Source of the DNA: Octopus sinensis
Lineage: Eukaryota
Direction: 5' to 3'
Length of the DNA: 64,000 bases
NCBI RefSeq assembly: GCF_006345805.1
Contig: NC_042998.1
Span: forward strand, 134,850,001-134,914,000
Of this stretch, positions 53,753 through 64,000 are shown one piece after another. Positions within the stretch are counted from its first letter, which is position 1; the number at the start of each line of letters is the position of its first letter. The notes below the pieces were generated by a model. That model worked only from the letters and a program-made list of their open reading frames with translations, ran no database searches and was not told where the DNA came from. Both the position numbers and the translations under genes were made by a program.

Positions 53753-54173
53753 TTGGATCTTTTCGGTTTGAACGGCAGTTTTTAAAAATAATTTCCACGT
53801 AACTAAACAATTTTAGACTTCGTATACAGGTAGAATGTGTTTATAAAATACCTTTTTCTCTTGGCATTATTGAGAAAATTCTATGGTTTGTAAGATATTT
53901 GTTATTTTTTCTTCAATTTCTGCAATTTCAACCAATCAATCACGTCTATTGAAGTGAAAACATTCTGTGCCGTAAGAATATGTCCCTCGTTTAAGAAACA
54001 GATTGGGTTTATTTACATTTCTGATGAAAAAAAAGATATCCTTCCCCTTACCCCTAACCCTAACCCTAAAACAGATTGAAATGCAATAGATCGATACTAG
54101 GGTCATAATTATGGGTGACAATTTCATATGACACCGTTAGAAAATACTGCCGTTCAAACAGAAAATATCCGAA
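53753..54173. mobile_element. Non-autonomous inverted-repeat element (Helentron/HINE- or MITE-like) with internal (CCCTAA)n
   Basis: ttttcggtttgaacggcagttttt / aaaatactgccgttcaaacagaaaa; ccctaa units at 54044-54069. Confidence 0.7.
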
Positions 54174-54826
54174 TTTTTCTTTACAGGAAGAATTCAAATA
54201 CTTAAAAACAAAAGATAATATATTCAGTTTTCCTTTGTACAATACTAAAAAAAAAATATATTGTTTATTGAGCACGCGCATCGGCTTCTGGCTCAGAATG
54301 CATTTTAAAAAAATATTATTTTGGAAAATGATCTATAGCTAGTCCTGACTACAAAATGCATCAACAAACACAGCCGTAGATGTGTCTATTGATGCACTTC
54401 GCAATGAAGTGGTGTGGTTAAATAAGGAAGACCTGAATTCCTGCGAAATTCCACCATCGGATCTGATGATGGTTTCGTTGGCTGAACCTTCAGTGTTACT
54501 GTCAATACTATACATGTTAAAGAATAACGTGCGCGCGCGCGAGTGTGTGGTAAGAAATGCAGAAAACAATGTTGGTATTCTTATGCTTTCTTATGCGCAT
54601 ATTTCGATGAGTCAGCAGCTCACTTCCTCGATATTTTCGACTCAGATACTGCACTTTAAGCTTATCTATTGATGTGGTGATTGAATTCACGGCGTGGGAT
54701 TTTGGAGTTTAATCCCCATACTGAGCTCTAAACTCACTCACATCATCATCATAATCATCATCGTCAGTGGACCATATATCCCAAAAAGAAGCACACTCTA
54801 AACGTCAGTGCAGTAATGTATTTACA

Positions 54827-55030
54827 GGAGGTAAATTATATGGCCGGTCATAAAGTGACTAATGGTCTCGTATCCACGCAGCGCTTAGCTTTATAGTCGA
54901 CTCGTTAGACTCCAATGGCCGCGGACATGTAACCTCGTTTCTATTTCCAGTTTGAAAAGAGGTTATATGTCCGCGGCCATTGGATGTGAGACCATTGGTC
55001 ACTCTATGATCGGCCTTATAATTAACATCC
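54827..55030. mobile_element. Second copy of the hammerhead fold-back element, ribozyme decayed
   Basis: Nested inverted repeats; minus strand 54912-54853 reads GAGT-CTAACGA-GTCG...C-GAGA-CCATTAG-TC-ACTT. Confidence 0.75.
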
Positions 55031-57179
55031 TCGTTGGGCACATTGGGCACATTTAGTCGAAAATTTAACTTCGTTAATCTTTAATCCGTTAACCAAAAAG
55101 TTAACTTCATTAATCGTTAATCCGTTAATTCTTTTAAAATGTAACGGAAGTTAACGTTAACGTTTATTGAAAAAAGACATAACTACACTTTGATACCCCA
55201 CCGAGTTTGTTGCCTCAAAACTTCGAGAAAAATGGATACTTTTTCAGGAAACTTTCACCAAATAACCGCTTATATCTTGCAGATTTGTTGTAAAAAAAAC
55301 TTTCCAATGGGTTGGGGAGAGGAGTTTCGGAAAATTCACTGGAGCCGTCATTTTCCCCCTCATAACTTTATGGAAAATAGGTATTTTTTAATGAAATTTT
55401 ATATAAATGCCTTTCAAACGGTGTAGATTACGATCACAAAGAAATTGGTAGACAAACTTTTTGGAAGGTGGCGGGAATGGGGGAGTTTCTAGAAAACGGA
55501 GTTTCGGATCAGACGGCCCACATGAGTTGGAATTTCTCCGTTTTGACGGGGATTTTTCCAAATATTTTTAACCAGAGTCTTCAGAACGATGGGAGGCATC
55601 TTTTTACGAAAAGAAAGAAAAAAAATTTTTTTAATTTTTTTCCACTCCCGCCATCCCCTCACCTCCCCAGTTCGAAACGATTTGGGCTATTTTTTTTTTC
55701 ACTACGCACTTAAAACTCACGAGAGAAACATTTTCGGTTTAAAAGAAATTATTAATAATTTCAGAGGAAAATGTGTGAGTCAAGGGAGATCTGGCTGTTG
55801 ATTCTAGCACATCCCAAAACCTCCCTCCTCGTTTCTTTCTCACTCGCACATCTATTGATATTTTTCAACATTTGTCTCCCCATTAACAAATTTTATAGCA
55901 TGATGATGTCAAAGTAACACACGTGCAGTCCTAACCGAGCGAGGCCGTGTTATGTGCGCGTGTGTGTGTATAAGAAAGAAAAAAACACCTAAAAGCATCT
56001 TTAGTGTTCATATGTAATGCTTATTTGTTCACGTTATTTTTAATTATTCAGGTTCAAGAGGCGTGTCCACAATATTTGTTTGTAACTTTGTAAATTCTTT
56101 GCATACAGATTTGAAATTTTGTCAGTGGGTGCTTGCTTTATACACCACTGGTTTATAGTTATGTAATTTTAGCTGGTCTTGCTGAGTAAATTTGATTTTT
56201 ATGGGCAGGTAAATTTAATTAATAGGTGTAAAAGTAATAACATTATGGATAAACACTAAAATTGAAATTCTTAATGCATCTTAACTGTTTAATTTGTTAC
56301 TAAAATTATCCTAGACGGCAACCGACAAAAATGTTGCCACTTTTTAAGATGAGGTATAATAATTTGAATTAATTAAAATACAGGTATAATCGATGCAAGG
56401 TTTTATTCTTTCTGTAAATATTTCGTATCTCGGTGTGGAATTTTTTTTCCACAGTTTTTTTGGGTGCATTCAACGTATCTGACCTCCAAACCCGCCGCAA
56501 GCCACTTTTTTTCGGAAAAGAAAAGTGGGGACCTCGAAGTTTCCCATCTAGGGAATTTTGTTTCGCAGGTTTTTTTCTTATCCAGGTTATTTTGCATGCT
56601 TTCAACGATTGTGACATTGAAATCACGCGTAAAGGAAAGATTTGGCTGCTATTTCTAGCATGCCCTGCTACCACGTAACAGCTATTTGCGTTCACACCAA
56701 AATATTTACAACTTTTTCCTTCCATTTATTTGACAAGACAAAGAAATTTCCCGCTGTCTTTGCAAGCGACAAGCGGGTGGATTTGGTTTCAAATCCATGT
56801 AGGGCTAAACGAGGTCCCACAAGTTATTTATAAGTGGTGTTATATCGAGGTTGAAAGAATGATGCGTACAGTATTAAATTTGCTAAGACAAACTGAAAAC
56901 AAGGGGAACTTTTAAACGTTTAGCGGTTTTTATGAGATGTTGGGGTTAACGGACTAAATGTAACGATAATGATAATTAGTCCGATAATGATTTTCAATGT
57001 TTACTTAAAAGTTAAATCGTTACCGAAAATGTTGACTTCGTTAATTAACGATTAACGGACTTACGTCATTTATGGATGCACGGTCAAATGTGATTGACAG
57101 TGGACGTATATGATCAAATGCAAATAGATAATTTATTAACAACAGATAAATTTATTTAATTTGCAATGGCATACCTAGA

Positions 57180-57330
57180 GTGTGTGCCACCCGGGACAGC
57201 CCTTGCGTTTGCCTTCCCCCCTCCCCATTCAGAGCCCTCACAGCTTATACAGCAGAATAAAAGTGCCCTCCCATAAAAGCGCAGCCCGATTTGGGGCCCC
57301 TCTCCTTCCCAGCTATGCTACTGTTCATTT
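57180..57330 (-). mobile_element. PIF/Harbinger-type MITE end
   Basis: Ends ...cccagctatgctactg, like the CAGTGGCGTAGC terminus. Confidence 0.35.
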
Positions 57331-58458
57331 GCACGTTTGCAGCATATATCTAACATACACAGGACGTACGATTCTGCTGTAATTTTTCTTGTTTTCTTTC
57401 AATTCAAACGCACTAGGAGGCTGTTACTCTGTCGAAGTACTGTCCTATATTATGACTTTTAAATATTTTATAACGTGTGTCAGTAGAGTTGACATTTAAA
57501 ATAACTTTTGTGAAAGCGTATCTATCATAAAACGAAATGCATTAAGTTAACGAGTGAATCTCTACTTGGTTGCCTGACTTACTAGAAATAACTACCAAAT
57601 CTCCCTCAAATCACACCCAGTTGTCTAAAAAGGAGTGGGAAGAGCACAATAAATATCTCTGATCATGGCTGAGACCTCAATGATCATAGGTCTTTTCAAT
57701 CAAAGCTGGCCTGAGGATAGACAACAACTAGTACTGCAAACAACTAAATACATTATTGTACTGTAAAAGAACACTATAAATAAAGGACACTGTTGTCGTT
57801 TATACTTTCAGAAACTAGGTGGCGTTGTCTTTACTTTCAATATTAACTACCTTTACTCTTCAGATTCTAATGATTAACATTCTCTATTCTCTACTCACTT
57901 TTCCGCTATTTTAAACTCTCTCTTTTCCGTATATCGGGAATGTATAATTTACCAAACAAGAATAGAAATGTTTCCTGTCGATTTTTAAATCTGCAGCAAA
58001 AATAACCCACTTCAGCGACTTTTCAAACTCTGGTGAGTCAATCTTTTGTACAGTTTGTTTAATCTCTTCCTCTGCCATAACCGTATTGCTTATTGATTCT
58101 TAACGTACTGAATTCTTAACTTATGACGGAGAGGCAGAATGTCAGTCTTAGTTTTCTGTTTATAATTCCTCTGTCTTCTATTATGGTTCCATCCATATCG
58201 AGAATACCACTTTAGAAATATTAATCGATCCAGTATTTGACTGGTATTCTATTTTATCGACTCTGGAAAGATGAAACGCAAAATTGACGTCGTTGATATT
58301 TGAACTCAGACAGTAGAGGGCCGTAACTACAAATCATAGATCATTTTATCCAACGATCTGATGATTCTGCCAATCCAGAGCACCGGAAAAATTTCTTTGT
58401 CTTATTTATTTACATCTTTTTACGATCTGAGTTCAAGTCCCCCCGGGGTCAACTTTGC

Positions 58459-59444
58459 GGCGAAGGTAAAAAATGTGTACATTATCCATTTTCGGTGTTT
58501 TTTTTTTTTCTCTTTTAAATTTTTTTTTCGGATTTCCATGTTTTCGATATAGGAGAATATGATTTTGCCTAAAAATCACGTTTTCGAAATTTTAATTTCC
58601 AAACCCCAAATTCTTAATTTTTTTTACTTTTTTCGAATTTCTTTTTTAATACACGTAGAAAAATACAGAGATTATGAATCTAGAATTTTTCTTTCTTTAA
58701 CTTTTAATTTTTCTTCAAGAAACACTCAATGCCTCTTCCATCCCACCTCCTCATCCACCCATCACCTCCTCGCTTTCAAAAAAATAATAACTCAGAATGT
58801 TTCACTTTCACTTTCGATTGATGTTTCACGCAAGCGTAGAATTCTACTGAAATAGCAGACGTCAAAAATATCATATCACCACCAGAAATTCCGACATGCT
58901 AGAAACAAAAGCTAAACGACATTATTTCTGGAAAAACTTCTCCGCTTTAAAAAAAAAAGAAGTAAAATGTTCGGAGGTGATGAGTGAAGGTTTGGAGAGG
59001 AGATTTGAGTGTTTCTTTAAGAAAAATTAAAAAGAAAAATTCTTAAAGATCCGTAATCTCAATTTTTGTACGCGGTTTAAAAAAAAAATTTGAAGCTAAA
59101 AATAAAAAATTTGGGGTGGGGATGATTAGGATTATTAACATTTTAAAAGCGTGTTTGGGGGGGGGGGCAAAATCCTAATCTCCTATATCGAAAACAGGAA
59201 CCCGAAGAAATTTTGGAAAAAAAAAATAATAAGGGGACGTGGGGAGATAAAGTTTCTAAATACGCTCATCACAAATACGAATTACAAAATAAAAGAAAGA
59301 TCACTTTAACTGAAGTTGAGCTGTAGTTTTATAATTCATACTGAAGTTTTACCGGATGTGTGTGTGTGAGAGAGAGAGAGAAAGAGAGAGAGAGACAGAG
59401 AGAGACAGAGAGAGAGAGAGACAGAGAGAGACAGAGAGAGACAG

Positions 59445-59487
<43 letters not shown>

Positions 59488-60024
59488 AAAAGAAGTTATT
59501 TGTACATAGGCGCAGGAGTGACTGTGTGGTAAGTAGCTTGCTTACCCACCACATGGTTTCGGGTTCAATTCTACTGCATGGCACCTTGGGCAAGTGTCTT
59601 CTACTATAGCAGAGGTGTACTCGCATGTACAATATAAAGTAAATTTTCCAATTATAAAATTTATACAATATACGTATGTCTATTTGCGACATGGGTTGCG
59701 TTTCCACTACGACTTAAAACGGTTAAACACGAACAGAAATCGTCCGGTAATTGCCATTTGAATAGAAATTTTGTTTTCACTATAAAACACATATTGCTAA
59801 GTTTGTACCACTCCTTGAGACCCAACTACACTTTAGCTGAAAAATATAGAATACATCATAAGTAATATAAACGTCCTAAATTCAGTGGCGGTGTTAATGA
59901 AGATGTTATGCGTTAATTAAATGTCTTAAACTTATCTTTATTAATGTATATTGAATTATATATAGAATTATATCGAAAACATAGAAATCCGAAAAAAAAA
60001 AACAAGACAAAAAAAAACACCGAA
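58459..60024. mobile_element. Fold-back/TIR composite inserted in a SINE
   Basis: AACTTTGC duplicated at 58451-58458 and 60025-60032; long imperfect arms at 58527-58800 and 58960-59206; 59971-60024 mirrors 58491-58549. Confidence 0.6.
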
Positions 60025-61469
60025 AACTTTGCCTTTCATCTTTTCAGGGTGGATAAAATAAGTACGTCAAATACTGATGTTATTAAAATCCCTTATGTTC
60101 CCGTCGTCTCCAGTCTCTGATTTACTCATATCACAAATCTTTATTCGAGATCTTTATGTGAAGGTTTAGTGTTTAGCAATGTTTATGAATTTGAGTTACG
60201 CTTTCGGCGCAGTATGGCCGGATGGTTCAGAGGTTTACTTCGCAACCACGTGGTCCCTGATCCAATCCAATACATGGCGTCTTGTTCAAATGTCACTTTC
60301 AATAGCCTTGGATCAAGTTATACATAGTACGAGTAGAGAGAAACCGTTGTGAATCTTGCTGGATGGATTGTACCTGTAATTCAAAAGTGTATCCTTGTCA
60401 TACGCCGTATCTGAGTAGAAGCATGTTATTTTTGTGCTGTCATTTATTACTGATGACGTTTCTTTTAGTGCTGTAGTGCTTCTTATTTTTCGCGTTTGCT
60501 CTGTACTTCGTTGTGATTTTTAAAAATCACTTGATTTAATCACTTCTAAGTTTACAAGCTTCTAAAACAGTCATGGGTGAAGTTTCCGAGAATCGAGCTG
60601 CATGAGACACAACTGATCATGTGACGGGCCGCACTACTAAAAATATTCATGTAATTTTTCGTTTAGATGTGCCATTCAGATTGCCCCGCACCACTTGCGA
60701 CCGCAGGTTGCCCTTGACTATCTAAAAGAATAAAGCAGTTTCGGACTTCGCTTTCTTAGATGATAATCCGTAAATAAGGAGTACCAACACAAACTTTGCA
60801 AACAATGCCAACCAGAGACTGCAAGATCGGCCTGCTTTAGAAGAATGAGAGTACTTCAGTTTAGAATTAGATTTGAGCTAACAAAATTACTATTTCAGTA
60901 TGTTTTTAGAGCATTTTAGCTACCAAATCAGAGTTTGATTTTTAAAAATTATTTTAATTAAAAATTGTAAATTGCCTAGTAGTCCATTGGACTGTAATAA
61001 TGTGACATCTCGTATTACTAGCATCAAAACAATGCAAAAGTTCAGTTATGTCTATTGCACCTAGATTCATAGGCTTAACTGTAGAATGTATCTGGACAAA
61101 AACTGTATTGAGGTTGGATACCTTGTATATGAACTCCACAGCTTTTCTAATGACACAATGAATGCTCTTTTTTTTTTCTCAAATTTCAGGTATTTTAAAA
61201 TGCTTTTGTTAATTCTTTTTTAGTAATGTTAAGCGGAGCAATGAAAGGGATGTTATCAATACTGGGGTAATTACATATCTTATAGGTATTTTTGTTTTGA
61301 AAGTTCTTTTGATCCTCCTCAAAAAGAGATATGCTTTTTTTATGTAATAGTACGCTTTCTAACGAAGCTTTAAAACATTCAAGTTTTCTTGATCATTTAA
61401 AAAGAGACCATCCAGATAATCAAGTTAAATAGAATGCCAAAAGTTGGAAAGCAATTTTGAGTAACAACC

Positions 61470-61600
61470 TAATTACCTCCGCCTTCGCTAAGGCGGAGGT
61501 ATTGTTTTTAGTCATGTTTGTTTGTCCATGTACAAGATATCTCAAGAACTGCTGAATAGATTCGGATGAAACTTTCAGAGATGTTTGAGTTTTTTTTATT
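61470..61600 (+). mobile_element. Helentron-associated (HINE/DINE-like) end
   Basis: ttACCTCCGCCTT-cgct-AAGGCGGAGGT hairpin followed by gtttgtttgtcc...gaaactt. Confidence 0.6.
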
Positions 61601-62119
61601 ACCCATAACGGGCCAACAGAGAAGGACATGCATCACATTGGGGACATAAAATATATGATATAATGGAAGATGAAAAAAATGTTTTTGTGTTGTCCCTGTT
61701 ATGTAATCATCACAACAAACATGAACAATCAACGTTGCCCATTGTCTCCCTTGATACAAGGACATTCAGTAAGTTTCCCGCCACAACAAATACCTTGTAC
61801 AACAACGGCAGTCTAATAAAGTATCTCGTATCGTTAACACGTTTTTTCAGTCTCTCTCATTTTCTTAATCTTTCATACTAAGTACTCACTACTTCCTTTA
61901 ATACACAATACATCATATATATATAACAACAACAGTCCCTTCTCTATTGAGGCCTTGTGCCTAATTAAAGTAATAAGGACGTGGGCGTTGCCGTTTGTGC
62001 TTTGTTTGAGTTAGTGAGTTGGCAGTGTATATCCTTGTAAGTACCGTTTTTGTTTAACTGTTATTTATTGAATTGTGGAATTGTTGTTACCTGTTGAACT
62101 TGTTACCGTTTCCCCATTT

Positions 62120-62857
62120 ATGAGTGAAGTCGTGAATAATATGGAAAGTACACCAGTACAAGCGGGCAGTTATGCTGCGGTGACTGGCAAAGGCCTGTCA
62201 GCGAAGCTACTGCAGGTTACAGAAATTAAATTACAAGAGAGAGACTTTAAAAAATACAATGATTTGTTGAGAAAGGAGAGAGATAGCCTGAGGCTGACGC
62301 TTCCCAAAGAAGTAACAGATAAAACGGAGAAGGTAACAATTCTGTCCAGAACATTAAAAATTGCAACAAAAAAGGTGGAAATAGCAGCGGAGGAGGCGGT
62401 CGAGGAGTGCTTCAGAGAAATTAAGAACATAACGACGTTCTGCACCAGAGGAAGGAAATATGGCACAGTGGAGGTACGCTTCGTGAATGAAGCAGAAGCG
62501 AGAAAATACTCCACTGTGCCTTTGAGATCAGCGGAGTGGGCACTACTACTGATTTACTGTGGCAAACGCGCGGCCAGAGTAAGAATAGGTAGAGTTCCCA
62601 CAGAAATTGATGAGGCGTGGCTGGTGGTAACCATCCTATTCAACACAGAAGAGGACACTGAGATAATAAAAATATCAAGAACTGCTGGGGGGTATGGACT
62701 AAAGTTATTGGTCCATATAAGCTTGCCAGATCTCCACAAGATTGCGGAAGAACTGATACTGCCAGACGAAGCAAGGTTGAGAATAGTGGTGGAAGGAAGA
62801 CTGCCTGTATGTTTTATTTGTGGAGTAAAAGGACATATGAAAGCTAAGTGTCCCTAG
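62120..62857 (+). CDS. Gag-like ORF1 of a Tx1/L1-type non-LTR element (probably truncated)
   Basis: SYAAV motif, RRM-like region, CCHC knuckle CFICGVKGHMKAKC followed by a stop; Glu/Lys-rich tail continues in low-complexity sequence. Confidence 0.7.
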   Translation: MSEVVNNMESTPVQAGSYAAVTGKGLSAKLLQVTEIKLQERDFKKYNDLLRKERDSLRLTLPKEVTDKTEKVTILSRTLKIATKKVEIAAEEAVEECFREIKNITTFCTRGRKYGTVEVRFVNEAEARKYSTVPLRSAEWALLLIYCGKRAARVRIGRVPTEIDEAWLVVTILFNTEEDTEIIKISRTAGGYGLKLLVHISLPDLHKIAEELILPDEARLRIVVEGRLPVCFICGVKGHMKAKCP

Positions 62858-63274
62858 AAACACGAAGAGGAGGAGGCAGGGAAGGAATATCAGGAAGAAG
62901 AGGGTGCAACCGTGGAGGAGGAGAAAATGGAAGAGCAATGCACAGTGGTAAAAAGAAAGAAGACAGACTCACCACCAAAAAGTCCGAGGAAGAAAAGAAA
63001 GGCAAGTGGAGAGGAGAAGCAGAGTGAAAAACAAGAAAATACAAATGAGAAGAGAAAAAAATGAAAAGACAACACAAGTACGTGAGGAGCGAACGCAGAG
63101 ACCATCAACTAGCAAGGAGGAAAGAATACAGAAAAGAAAGGAAAATGAAAGAGAGATGATAACAACATAGAATGAGAGACAGACAGAGACAGAAATGCTA
63201 GTGGCAGAGGAAGGGGATTGGTGAGGAGAGAAGGAGGTTGACACCAAAAGGGAGAAACCTGAGAACAATAGTGC

Positions 63275-64000
63275 TGTAAACGAACTTCGAGAGTGTGAGT
63301 GAATATCTTGTCTTGTACTTTCGGGGTACAAGAAAGCAATCACTCACTAGCCGTTGCTTTAATAATCCAGAATTCTACCAGTCAGAAACAACAAGACGCA
63401 GACGTAAAATATATATAACTACTTTATTCTCTTTCTTGGTAACAATAACAATAAGTGTGTTATCTGATGTCCTTGGTTCGGGGCGCGCAAGGCTGAAAGT
63501 TAATCGATTGTAATATTTACAATATTCAGCCGATGAAACCAGAACGGGTTCAAGATGGCGTCGAACAGGGAAGTTGAATGTGGTCGGCAACAATTTGGTT
63601 AAAGGCATTCGGCCGACTGCTGCTAGAATCAAGCCCTGACGGAGAGAGAATATACGTGTGACCGTTGCCTTCGATAGCCATGTCTCAAAGTCCCCGCTGA
63701 CTGCTGCTAGTGGTCAAACGTTCTACGACCCCCTGCCTTGGCCAGGGTCGTGCTTCCGGTGGTTCGCGCATGCGCGAGAGGGCCCTTCCTTTCTGTGCCT
63801 TGGTGAAGGCACCAACACGCGCGAAATACAAATGGACGGTGCGCGAGCGCGCACCGTTGTAGGATCACTACAGTGCAATGCCCAAAAAGTGTAGAGATAG
63901 AGAAGAGAATTGCCAAGATGAAGAACGTTATCGCAGTGAAATTAGCGGCCAAAGAGTGTAACGAAGGTTTTAAAGCTGTTTTGTTGGAAAAAGAAAGAGG
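63275..64000 (-). mobile_element. LTR-like segment (3' end at 63275), extends past the window
   Basis: Minus strand shows AATAAA (about 63420), a U5-like hairpin and terminal TTTACA. Confidence 0.45.

Noticed and set aside
54450-54500. Hammerhead-like CTGAAG..GAAA on the minus strand
   Set aside because: A9 is missing and stem I does not pair
59509-59610. tRNA gene (also at 32134, 15850 and 60205)
   Set aside because: A/B-box-like heads continue into SINE bodies; no complete cloverleaf
63556-63571. tRNA-Lys-like primer binding site TGGCGTCGAACAGGGA
   Set aside because: Surrounding LTR signals point to the minus strand and no gag-pol follows; it overlaps a YY1-like CAAGATGGCG motif, so chance is plausible

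Overview
AT-rich, microsatellite- and repeat-dense animal DNA. The SINE families point to an octopod cephalopod (inference). The left half (1 to about 30.7 kb) is the 5' part of a minus-strand THADA/TRM732 orthologue. Fifteen phase-linked exons were assembled by hand, plus two tentative 5' exons; there is one reading-frame discordance at the 18293-18361 exon, and the gene runs off the left edge. The gene body is strongly CpG-depleted and the CpG-retaining right half begins just upstream of it. The right half is intergenic and holds Tc1/mariner, Helitron/Helentron, Penelope-like, solo-LTR, Tx1/L1-like ORF1 and SINE sequence. It also carries one intact, intronless OTU cysteine-protease ORF (51756-52391, minus). 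The strongest unannotated signals are five hammerhead-ribozyme motifs. One is a core-intact type I hammerhead (30902-30961) in a fold-back element about 170 bp upstream of the candidate THADA start, with a decayed sister copy at 54853-54912. Two are identical U3:A8 compensatory-variant minimal hammerheads in the Penelope pseudo-LTRs, and one is a mutated minimal hammerhead at 32530-32565. Also notable are a head-to-tail tandem of composite Helitrons and two TIR elements carrying TTAGGG tracts. Protein comparisons are from recalled human THADA motifs and family signatures, not from a database search.
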